The notes beneath the pieces were generated by a model, which ran no database searches, was not told where the DNA came from, and worked only from the letters and a program-made list of their open reading frames with translations. Positions 1 through 8,303 of a DNA stretch of 42,325 nt are shown here, one piece after another. Each line of letters begins with the position of its first letter. Within the stretch, counting starts at the first letter, position 1. The DNA is from Nanobdellota archaeon (GTDB lineage Archaea; Nanobdellota; Nanobdellia; CSSed11-243R1), in the NCBI GenBank assembly GCA_021163365.1, contig JAGGWW010000042.1, positions 1 through 42,325 of the forward strand, given 5' to 3'. The translations under genes were made by a program, and so were the position numbers.

Positions 1-338
1 AAATCAATGCCTTGTCCTTTGACGATTTTTGGATTTTCAATAAGTTCGTGAGCTGGAATGAATCTCCAAGGATGGTTATTAAATCTAACACCATACCATG
101 GCTCGCCACCAAATTTAGCAGCGTAGGAAATAACATTAAGGACTTCTTCCTTTTTTAAATAAATAACATCCTTTTTACTTGATTTGCATTCAATTATTAA
201 AAGCTGTCTTGGCCTTCCTGCTATTATGTCTGGTGCATTTTTTGTTTTTCCAGAACCAGCTACACGAGTTGCACCCCAACCTATTTCTAAAAATTTTTTG
301 AGTAATTCTCTTTCCATATTTGCGCCTTTTCGCATCAT
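1..338 (-). CDS. hjc: Archaeal Holliday junction resolvase Hjc (3' end runs off the window; not in the ORF track)
   Basis: Manual translation MMRKGANMERELLKKFLEIGWGATRVAGSGKTKNAPDIIAGRPRQLLIIECKSSKKDVIYLKKEEV... shows the Hjc pattern (G..ERE, R..GSG, PDIIA, IECK). The ATG overlaps the pheT stop (ATGA). Confidence 0.9.
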   Translation of the reverse strand, partial: MMRKGANMERELLKKFLEIGWGATRVAGSGKTKNAPDIIAGRPRQLLIIECKSSKKDVIYLKKEEVLNVISYAAKFGGEPWYGVRFNNHPWRFIPAHELIENPKIVKGQGID

Positions 339-2005
339 AACTCATCAACATTTATTTCAAAGGCAACAACAGGATTTTCAAGGTCAAAGTTTTCAAGAAC
401 TTTTGGATGAATTTCTCCGATAATGCCAATCGCTTTTCCATTTAGTATTATTTCACCGCATCTCCCGTAGATAAAGGATTTGTGTTTTGCATGTTTAAGT
501 TTAATTTCCTTTCCCAAGTTTTTCATTAAGGTTTCAAGAACACTTTTAATCTCAGTAAAGTTTGCTTTTGAATGAGCTATTACTACACAAAGATTTGTTA
601 ATTGCTTTGCCTTGTTGTAGCTTTTCTCATCTGGCAAGATGATTGGCCCAAGCTCAAAAATCTTTTGTGGAAACTCAACTGTTTTATTCTTTTTTAAGAA
701 ATTCATTAAAATTGGGAGTATGGAATTTCTTAAAACAGAGTAGTTTCTGCTCATTGGATTCATTATTTCTATACATTTGCCCTTTGTGTTCATTTTATCA
801 AACAAAACATCTTTGCTTGTTAATGTGAATGAAAAGACTTCTTGGAATCCCATTCCTATCATAAGCTCTCTAATTAAGTCATGCTTATTTGTTTCAGGCA
901 ATAGTTTCCCTTTTGTTGAGATTCTTGGCTCAATTGGGGCTATGTTATTATATCCATAAGCAATTGCTATGTCCTCAATTATGTCAACCGCATGCATTAC
1001 ATCTTTCCTGTAAAATGGAATTTCCAAAGAAATTATGTCATTTACAGAATCTGCTCTTAAAATTTTGTAATCCATCTTCCTTAGAAGTTTTTTTATTTCT
1101 GTTAATGTTAAACCCAACCCAAGCATTTTATTAACATGACTTGGTTTTATGTTAAAGGGTGTTGGTAAAAACTTTGGAGAAACTTCAAAACCACATTCTG
1201 CAGGATAGTTATATTTTATTCTAACAGAATAAAGTTTTCCACCTCTTTCAGCAATTGCCATAACAAATAAGTTTAGCATATTCATAACAGTTTGAAAATC
1301 TGTGCCAGTGACTTCAACAAAAAGATTTTTTGTGTCTAGTGTAACTTTTCCAGCTTCATTTGAATTAATAATTGGTGGCATTGAAAGAACTTTGCCATCG
1401 CTGTCAAGAATAACAGGATAATACTTTTTGTCTTTTAATAAATGGGCATACTCAATTCCTTTTGGATGTTTTTTAAGAACTTCATTAAGTGGTAGTTCTT
1501 CGTTAAAATCAAGAGGTGTGAATTTAATTGAATTTGGCTTAGCTGCCTTGTAATGAAGTCTTTTACCTTTTATTTTATCAAAGTCATAGACGCCAAGCGC
1601 AGCTTTTGCTCTTTTCCTTCCATATGTTCCACCAAGTTTTTCTTGGTATTGTATTATGCTTTTTAATATGTCGTCTGTTATTTTTACATTCTTTATTATT
1701 CCGCATGCAATATATGGCCTTATATTCTTAAGCTTTTTATCAACTTCAATTGTTATCCCAGATGGTTTAACATTATAGTGTTTTGAGCCTTTTCCAAGAA
1801 GAACTCTTAAAGCTCTTGCAATACCCTCAACACACCATAAATCAGGTCTGTTTGTATCTTCTAATTTTATTGTTAAAATATCTCCTTTTACATCCTCAAC
1901 ATCTGCTTTAAGATATTCTAACAAGATGTCTTTTAACTTAGCAAAACTTATTTTTATGCCAGTTAAGTTCATTAAATCCTTTTTCGAAACCTCTATCTTA
2001 GGCAT
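335..2005 (-). CDS. pheT: Phenylalanyl-tRNA synthetase beta subunit (archaeal type)
   Basis: NRPDLWCVEGIARAL, SMPPIINS, RKDVMHAVDIIEDIAIAYGYNN, GEIHPKVL motifs; directly downstream of pheS. Confidence 0.97.
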   Translation of the reverse strand: MPKIEVSKKDLMNLTGIKISFAKLKDILLEYLKADVEDVKGDILTIKLEDTNRPDLWCVEGIARALRVLLGKGSKHYNVKPSGITIEVDKKLKNIRPYIACGIIKNVKITDDILKSIIQYQEKLGGTYGRKRAKAALGVYDFDKIKGKRLHYKAAKPNSIKFTPLDFNEELPLNEVLKKHPKGIEYAHLLKDKKYYPVILDSDGKVLSMPPIINSNEAGKVTLDTKNLFVEVTGTDFQTVMNMLNLFVMAIAERGGKLYSVRIKYNYPAECGFEVSPKFLPTPFNIKPSHVNKMLGLGLTLTEIKKLLRKMDYKILRADSVNDIISLEIPFYRKDVMHAVDIIEDIAIAYGYNNIAPIEPRISTKGKLLPETNKHDLIRELMIGMGFQEVFSFTLTSKDVLFDKMNTKGKCIEIMNPMSRNYSVLRNSILPILMNFLKKNKTVEFPQKIFELGPIILPDEKSYNKAKQLTNLCVVIAHSKANFTEIKSVLETLMKNLGKEIKLKHAKHKSFIYGRCGEIILNGKAIGIIGEIHPKVLENFDLENPVVAFEINVDEL

Positions 2006-3515
2006 TTTCCCACCTAAAGTTTCTAAGCCATCTTAAATCATTTGAAAAAACATACCTCATATCATTCACATTGTGCTTTGTCATAAATAATCTTAATATT
2101 CCAAGACCCCATGCAATTACAGGAACTTCTATTCCCAAGGGCAAAGTTACTTCTGGCCTAAATATGCCAGCGCCACCTATCTCAATCCAACCTTTTCCTT
2201 TCATATAAACATGAAGCTCTACTGAAGGTTCTGTAAAAGGAAAGTAACCTGGGACGAATTTAAGCTTTTTAACACCACCAACTTCTAATGCAAACATTTT
2301 TAGGATTCCAAGCAACTCTCTGAATGTTATTTCTTCTCCAAGGATTATACCTTCTACTTGGTCAAACTCTGTTAAATGTTTCCAATCAATAACATCTGGT
2401 CTATAAACTCTGTCTATTGTGAAATATTTTCCTGGAATTTTCAAATCTTTTGAAAGAAGCTTTCTAATAGAAACAGGGGTTGTATGGCTTCTTAAGATAA
2501 TGTCAGCTGATTTCTTTTTGTCAAATGGGTAATGCCATCCTTTTGACCCTGTTTCCCAACCATCTTCATGAACTTTTTCTATCTTATCCAAGAGGGCTTT
2601 ATACTTGCTTAAATCACCAGCTCCTTTTTTAACAAAGTAAATATCATGAATTTCTCTTGCGGGGTGGTCTTGTGGCATGAACAACAAATCATTATTGAAA
2701 AAAGCCAGCTCAACAATAGGCCCTTTCATCTCCTCAAATCCAAATGCAATTAATTTTTTCTTTAGCTCATCTACAAACCTTAAGTAAGGTTGTTTTTTTC
2801 CAAGGAAAATTGGTGGGGCTGGTGCAGAAATATCATACTTTCTAAATTTTTTATTTTTCCAAGATTTATTTAAAATTATTTCTGGTGTTAAAATATCAAT
2901 TGTTTCTTCTATTTTAACTTTTGGAAGAATTTGCTTTCCTTCTTTTGTGAGATAAACTTGTTTTATTTTTTCTTCATCTATCTCTATTAAACCTCTCTCT
3001 CTTAAAAATGGAATTGCTTGTCTTAAACCCTCTGGGATTTCTTCTAAAAGTTTCGGGGTTTGAAGCTCTTTTAAAAGTTCTTCACTTATCCATTCTGAAT
3101 TTAGTTTTAACAAGCCAATATCAGTAATTTTAATTAATCCATTTTTTATTTCAATGCAATTCTCGTCTTTTAGAAAACCTATTGCTGCATTGAATTCGTT
3201 TTTATCTAAATTTGCCTCTTTTATTACATCTTTAAATGTCTTTGGTGATTTTTCAATGACTTTTAAAAATCTTTTTTCTGGCATTCCAATTTTTGCATAC
3301 TTTAATCCAAGCTCAGTTGCTTTAAATCTTTGCTTAATGTCTTCTAATATGTGAATAAGCCCCTTTGCTTTAAGCCATTCTATTGCTCTATTAATCTCAT
3401 CTTCTCCAAGACTTGTTTTTTCCATCAATGCTTTTTGCGAAATTCCTTCTCCTAATTCTTTTAATGCCAATAGAACTTTTTTCTCAAGATTGTGAAGTGT
3501 TTCAACATCAATCAT
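1998..3515 (-). CDS. pheS: Phenylalanyl-tRNA synthetase alpha subunit (long archaeal type)
   Basis: FMPQDHPAREIHD, LRSHTT, VYRPDVIDWKHLTEFDQVEG, YFPFTEPS, EIGGAGIFRPE motifs. Confidence 0.97.
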   Translation of the reverse strand: MIDVETLHNLEKKVLLALKELGEGISQKALMEKTSLGEDEINRAIEWLKAKGLIHILEDIKQRFKATELGLKYAKIGMPEKRFLKVIEKSPKTFKDVIKEANLDKNEFNAAIGFLKDENCIEIKNGLIKITDIGLLKLNSEWISEELLKELQTPKLLEEIPEGLRQAIPFLRERGLIEIDEEKIKQVYLTKEGKQILPKVKIEETIDILTPEIILNKSWKNKKFRKYDISAPAPPIFLGKKQPYLRFVDELKKKLIAFGFEEMKGPIVELAFFNNDLLFMPQDHPAREIHDIYFVKKGAGDLSKYKALLDKIEKVHEDGWETGSKGWHYPFDKKKSADIILRSHTTPVSIRKLLSKDLKIPGKYFTIDRVYRPDVIDWKHLTEFDQVEGIILGEEITFRELLGILKMFALEVGGVKKLKFVPGYFPFTEPSVELHVYMKGKGWIEIGGAGIFRPEVTLPLGIEVPVIAWGLGILRLFMTKHNVNDMRYVFSNDLRWLRNFRWENA

Positions 3516-3551
3516 GTTAAAAAGAAAACAAGAAATTAATTTAAAACTTTG

Positions 3552-3752
3552 CTATTTTTCTTTAACAAGGTGTTTTAAAAAGAACTCTTTTTCCTTGTCC
3601 TTTGTTATTATCTTGCAAGAAATTAAAACCTTTGGCTTGCTGCAGCTTTCTAATTTATCTCCAACCTTTCTATACCACATTCCATTTATTTCGTAATATG
3701 TTTCTCCATCTTCGCCCATGCATTCTTTCATAAAAAGAAAGAGAAAGTTCAA
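3552..3752 (-). CDS. Small hypothetical protein (start uncertain)
   Basis: Fills the gap between glyS and pheS on the same strand; no recognisable motif. Confidence 0.4.
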   Translation of the reverse strand: MNFLFLFMKECMGEDGETYYEINGMWYRKVGDKLESCSKPKVLISCKIITKDKEKEFFLKHLVKEK

Positions 3753-5227
3753 CTATATAAGCTTTTATAAATCTCATCTAAAAGTTTATCTATTTTTACT
3801 CTTTTTTGTTGCATAGTATCCCTATCTCTTACTGTAACTGTGTTGTCCTCTAAGGTTTGATAATCTATTGTTATACAAAATGGTGTTCCAATCTCGTCCA
3901 TTCTCCTGTATCTTCTCCCAATAGAGCCTTTATCATCATAAAAGCAAGGAAAACAACCTTTTACAAACTTGTAAACTTCTTTTGCTTTTTCTTGAAGCCC
4001 ATCTTTGTTAACTAATGGGAAAACAGCAGCTTTATATGCTGCAAGCCTTGGATGAAGTTTTAAAACAACTCTTTTTTCTCCTTTTACTTTTTCTTCATGA
4101 TAAGAATCTATTATAAAAGTAAGAAATGCCCTATCTAAACCAACAGAGGGTTCAGCAACAACATAAGGTAAGAATTTTCTTTTTGTTTCCTCATCATAAT
4201 ATTTAAGTTCTTCTCCAGAAAATTTTTCATGTTGCTTTAAATCAAAATCTGTTCTATTTGCAATTCCTTCAAGCTCTTTCCATCCAAATGGATAGTTGTA
4301 TTCTATATCAAATGTTGAGGTTGAATAATGGGATAGCTCATCTTTCAAATGCTCACGTATTCTTAATTTTTCTTTGTTTATTCCAAGGTCTAAAAACCAT
4401 TTGTATCTATAACCTATCCAAAATGCTTGCCATTTTGATTTAATTATTCCTTTTTCATACAAATCTTTGATTTTCATCTTTTTTGCTTCTTCTCCTTTTT
4501 CTTGAGCTTCAGCTGTTAAAATATTAACTTCAACATCTTTAACTTCGTCAAATAAATGACATTTCTCATTTTTAGGGTCTGCAAAGAACTCAACTTCCAT
4601 TTGCTCAAATTCCCTCATTCTAAAAAGAAAGTTTCTTGGAGAGATTTCATTTCTAAAAACTTTTCCAATTTGAGCAATTCCAAATGGAAGTTTTAAGCGA
4701 GTTGTGTCTAAAACGTTTTTAAAATTGATGAAGATTAGTTGTGCTGTTTCTGGCCTTAAATATGTTTTTTCTCCTTCACCAGGACCGACTTTTGTTTCAA
4801 ACATTAGATTAAATTCTGTAACCTCTTTTAATTCTCCTTTACAATTTGGACATTTTACTTTTTTTATGAGCTTGTTTAGTTCTTCTTTTTTCATTCCTTC
4901 TGTTTTAATCTTTAGTTGTTCTTCGATTAAGTGGTCTGCTCTAAACTTTGTTTTACATTTCTTGCACTCAGTTATAAAATCAATAAACTCCTTTGTATGT
5001 CCAGATGCTTCCCAAACCTTTCTATGTGTAATAATAGAACCAGAAATACCAACAACATTGTCAAGTTTTCTAACAACAGAATCCCACCATTCTTTTTTTA
5101 TGTTATTAATTATTTCTACTCCAATTGGTCCGTAATCATAAAAACCAGCTAATCCGCCATATATTTCTGAATTTTGATAAACCAATCCTCTTCTTTTACA
5201 AAAAGCCATAAAGTCGTCTATTTTCAT
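3749..5227 (-). CDS. glyS: Glycyl-tRNA synthetase (homodimeric, archaeal/eukaryote-like)
   Basis: EIYGGLAGFYDYGP, YLRPETAQLIF, FRNEISPR, REFEQMEVEFF, GSIGRRYRRMDEIGTP motifs. Confidence 0.97.
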   Translation of the reverse strand: MKIDDFMAFCKRRGLVYQNSEIYGGLAGFYDYGPIGVEIINNIKKEWWDSVVRKLDNVVGISGSIITHRKVWEASGHTKEFIDFITECKKCKTKFRADHLIEEQLKIKTEGMKKEELNKLIKKVKCPNCKGELKEVTEFNLMFETKVGPGEGEKTYLRPETAQLIFINFKNVLDTTRLKLPFGIAQIGKVFRNEISPRNFLFRMREFEQMEVEFFADPKNEKCHLFDEVKDVEVNILTAEAQEKGEEAKKMKIKDLYEKGIIKSKWQAFWIGYRYKWFLDLGINKEKLRIREHLKDELSHYSTSTFDIEYNYPFGWKELEGIANRTDFDLKQHEKFSGEELKYYDEETKRKFLPYVVAEPSVGLDRAFLTFIIDSYHEEKVKGEKRVVLKLHPRLAAYKAAVFPLVNKDGLQEKAKEVYKFVKGCFPCFYDDKGSIGRRYRRMDEIGTPFCITIDYQTLEDNTVTVRDRDTMQQKRVKIDKLLDEIYKSLYS

Positions 5228-5301
5228 AGATTAATTCAGCCAGTTTTCAAATTTAAATATTTGTTTTAAAGTTTATAATTTGGGAAAACACTATATATAG
5301 T

Positions 5302-6291
5302 ATGCTCATAAGAATAAACGAACCAATTCCTTTAATTGGGGCTATATACTTTGGAATAATTGATAGAGGAACAAATCTTCTGCAGGTAAGAGCGTATTGT
5401 GGGTGTAATCTTAATTGTCCTTTCTGTTCTGTTGATGCTGGCCCATTTTCAAGAACAAGGGTTAATCAATATATTGTTGACTTAGATTATCTTGTTAGAT
5501 ATGTAAAAGAAATCATTAAATTTAAAGGAATAGATGATATAGAATGTCATCTTGATTCTACTGGTGAGCCAATGCTTTATCCAAAGATTGTTGAGCTTGT
5601 TAAGAGATTAAGAGAGATACCTGAAGTTGGGATAATATCTCTTCAAACAAATGGAACTTTGTTAACAAAGGAAAAAATAAAACAATTTGAAAAAGCAGGT
5701 TTAACAAGAATTAATTTATCCTTAAGTTCTATGAATCCCGAATTAGCAAAAAAACTTGCTGGTGTTCCATGGTATGATGTTGAAAAAATAAAAGAGATTG
5801 CAAAAGAAATAGCAAAAAGTAAAATTGATTTATTAATTGCGCCAGTTTATCTACCAAGAATTAATGATGAAGAGATTCCTAAGGTAATTAGATTTGCGCT
5901 TGAAATTGGTGCTGGAAAAAATTGTCCGCCTTTGGGTGTACAAAAATTTGAAAGATACAAGCTTGGTAGAAAGCCAAGTGGGATAAGAATTCAAACATGG
6001 TGGCAGTTTTACAATAAATATCTTAAATCTCTTGAAAAAGAGTTTGGTGTAAAATTAATTTTGAAGCCAAAAGATTTTGGAATTCATAAAGCAAAAATGC
6101 TTCCAATAGTGATGGAAAAAGGAGAAAAAGTTAAGGTTGACATAATAGCTCCTGGATGGCTTAGGAATGAGATGCTTGGTGTTGCAAGAAATAGATGTGT
6201 GTCAATTGTTGATTGCAATAAACAAAAAGGAAGAGTTAAAGTAAAAATTGTATCAAATAAACACAATATTTACGTTGGTGTTCCTGTTTAG
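5302..6291 (+). CDS. Radical SAM protein with a probable C-terminal TRAM-like domain (conserved archaeal family, function unknown)
   Basis: CNLNCPFC (CxxxCxxC), GEP, QTNG motifs; C-terminal beta-rich segment GEKVKVDIIAPGW...VKVKIVSNKHNIYVG. Confidence 0.85.
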   Translation: MLIRINEPIPLIGAIYFGIIDRGTNLLQVRAYCGCNLNCPFCSVDAGPFSRTRVNQYIVDLDYLVRYVKEIIKFKGIDDIECHLDSTGEPMLYPKIVELVKRLREIPEVGIISLQTNGTLLTKEKIKQFEKAGLTRINLSLSSMNPELAKKLAGVPWYDVEKIKEIAKEIAKSKIDLLIAPVYLPRINDEEIPKVIRFALEIGAGKNCPPLGVQKFERYKLGRKPSGIRIQTWWQFYNKYLKSLEKEFGVKLILKPKDFGIHKAKMLPIVMEKGEKVKVDIIAPGWLRNEMLGVARNRCVSIVDCNKQKGRVKVKIVSNKHNIYVGVPV

Positions 6292-6672
6292 TTACCTTGC
6301 TCTCCAAGCATAAAGCTCCTGCCTAACTAAGTTATCCATATATCTATATTTTTGTAAGAAAGCCTTAGTAAAACTTCCTGCTTTTACTTCTTCTTCTTCT
6401 AATCTTTTTGCTATTTTTTCCAATTTTTTTAATATATCTTTCATATCATGTAACATAACTTCTGCTTTGCCAGGCGCCCCGCTGATTCGATAACGATAAT
6501 ATTCTCTTTCAAAATGGTCTAATTTTGAAAGATATGTCTCTATTGTTTTAATTAATTTTTCCTCTTCTTTTATTTCCTTTAATTCTTCTTTAAGAATTCT
6601 CATTTCGTTTTCATTTAATTCATGCTCTCTTATAACTTCGTCATGGATTATCTTAATTGTTGGGTTCGCCAT
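6292..6672 (-). CDS. Small helical/coiled-coil hypothetical protein
   Basis: 126-aa E/K-rich ORF with a strong SD (GGAGGTG) and an upstream TATA-like box; similar to the next gene. Confidence 0.75.
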   Translation of the reverse strand: MANPTIKIIHDEVIREHELNENEMRILKEELKEIKEEEKLIKTIETYLSKLDHFEREYYRYRISGAPGKAEVMLHDMKDILKKLEKIAKRLEEEEVKAGSFTKAFLQKYRYMDNLVRQELYAWRAR

Positions 6673-6731
6673 TCTTACACCTCCAATGTGGTAAATAATT
6701 TGATGTTTAAAAACATTTCTAGATTTTTTTC

Positions 6732-7049
6732 TTATAAATTACGTAGGACTCCAAAAAGTCTTTCATAACTAGATAAAAATATGCTTGACGCAGCGCTTAA
6801 TTCTTTTCCTTCTTTTTCTCTTAATGCCTTTAACTTAACGTAAAGATGTAAAAACCCGTTGAGTTCTTTTTTTAGTTCTTCTTTTAATTTCTTTGCTTCT
6901 TTTATCTTACCTTGTGTTCTAAGGTTAATGTATTTTTTTAAATTTTCTTCAAACTTTTTGCTATACTTCTCAAGTTCTTTTATAATCTCCTCTTCTTTTT
7001 TAATGTCTTTAAAACTTTCTTTTAATATCTCAAGCTCTTTTTCATGCAT
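6732..7049 (-). CDS. Small helical hypothetical protein, paralogue of 6292-6672 (start reassigned to ATG 7049; track gives 7130)
   Basis: A TATA-like TTATTTAAA lies about 25 bp upstream of ATG 7049, and similarity to the neighbour begins at that Met. Confidence 0.7.
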   Translation of the reverse strand: MHEKELEILKESFKDIKKEEEIIKELEKYSKKFEENLKKYINLRTQGKIKEAKKLKEELKKELNGFLHLYVKLKALREKEGKELSAASSIFLSSYERLFGVLRNL

Positions 7050-7104
7050 GCTAATAAGAAGATTGGCAGAGTTTAAATAAGTTTGGTAAGAAAAATAAAA
7101 AGAA

Positions 7105-7605
7105 TTACTCTTCAAAACCACTTTTAACATAGTCTGCTATCTTGTTATACATTTTCTTTGCTGTTTCAACAACTAATGGGAATTCTTTAAATTCATCTGA
7201 AACTTCTTTTTCTAATCCGCTTAATTCTTCATCGACAATATCTAATGCTTTTTTCATAGCCTCTTCCTCAGGTGCTCCTGATTTTTCCATTTGTGTGACT
7301 GCCTTATATGCTTTATCAAGTGCATCTTGTAGTCCAACTACAGATGCAGCACCCAATACAGACAAATAATATAGCTGTTGAGCTTCTTTTGCAATATCTT
7401 CTGAACCTGTTATTTCAATTGCTTTTTTATAAACTTCTTCTCCTGCTTGTTTAAATGCATCGTAATCTCCTGAAAATGTTGCAGACATTGTGTATTGTGC
7501 AAGTAGATAACCCAATGGTGTTGTCGTCAATTGTTCTTGGGTTATATATTCAGTTGGAACCTCAACTACAATATCAGTCCCGATCATTAAAAAGGGTTTC
7601 GCCAT
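7105..7605 (-). CDS. Acidic helical hypothetical protein
   Basis: 166-aa ORF with a GGAGGTGG SD and an upstream TATA-like box. Confidence 0.75.
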   Translation of the reverse strand: MAKPFLMIGTDIVVEVPTEYITQEQLTTTPLGYLLAQYTMSATFSGDYDAFKQAGEEVYKKAIEITGSEDIAKEAQQLYYLSVLGAASVVGLQDALDKAYKAVTQMEKSGAPEEEAMKKALDIVDEELSGLEKEVSDEFKEFPLVVETAKKMYNKIADYVKSGFEE

Positions 7606-7624
7606 TTCGAACCACCTCCTTTTT

Positions 7625-7644
7625 TTACCACTTTTTAGTGGTAA
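7625..7644. promoter_or_regulatory. Perfect inverted repeat TTACCACT-N4-AGTGGTAA; candidate operator or leader hairpin
   Basis: Lies between the TATA-like box (about 7662-7670) and the SD of 7105-7605, in the region divergent from the Lrp gene. Confidence 0.4.
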
Positions 7645-7841
7645 TTAATATATAGCATCTATTATTTAAAGACTTTTCTAAAAATTTTTCTTAAAAATTC
7701 TTCAAAAAAAGCGAAATTGGCAGAATTTTAAGCATAAGGGTTTTGACTTTAGATGGCTTTTCTGAGTTTTTCTACTGCTATGATTGAAATTCCACAAAAT
7801 ATTAGCAAAAGTTTATAAATAATCTTATTTTTTATGTTTTC

Positions 7842-8303
7842 ATGATTGAGCTTGATGAAAAGGATAAGCAGATTTTTAATATTTTGTCTGAAAATGCAAG
7901 AGAGAAACTAACAACTATTGCAAAAAGAATAGGGCTTTCAATTGATGCAACAAAAAAGAGGATAAAAAAACTTGAAAAACTTGGTGTAATAACAAAATAT
8001 ACAATTCAAGCAGACCCAGCAAAATATGGCTATTCATTAGGAACCCACATATATCTAAAGCTAAAAGGGATTAAAAAAGAAAAATTCAATGAATTTGTTA
8101 ATTTTCTTGTTAAAAAAAATAATGTTATAGATGTTTTTTCAATGATTGGAGATTATGATATATACATTGTTGCACTTGGTAAGGATGCCAGATATTTAGA
8201 TGAATTTAAATCAGAAATAAAGGAATTGTTTGGAGATATAATAACAGATTGGAAAGAGGTTATAGTTGGAAGAATATTCAAGCTTGAAGAATATAAGATT
8301 TAG
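7842..8303 (+). CDS. Lrp/AsnC family transcriptional regulator
   Basis: N-terminal LDEKDKQIFNILSENAR...IAKRIGLS...RIKKLEKLGVI HTH; C-terminal RAM domain with a GDYD motif. Confidence 0.93.
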   Translation: MIELDEKDKQIFNILSENAREKLTTIAKRIGLSIDATKKRIKKLEKLGVITKYTIQADPAKYGYSLGTHIYLKLKGIKKEKFNEFVNFLVKKNNVIDVFSMIGDYDIYIVALGKDARYLDEFKSEIKELFGDIITDWKEVIVGRIFKLEEYKI

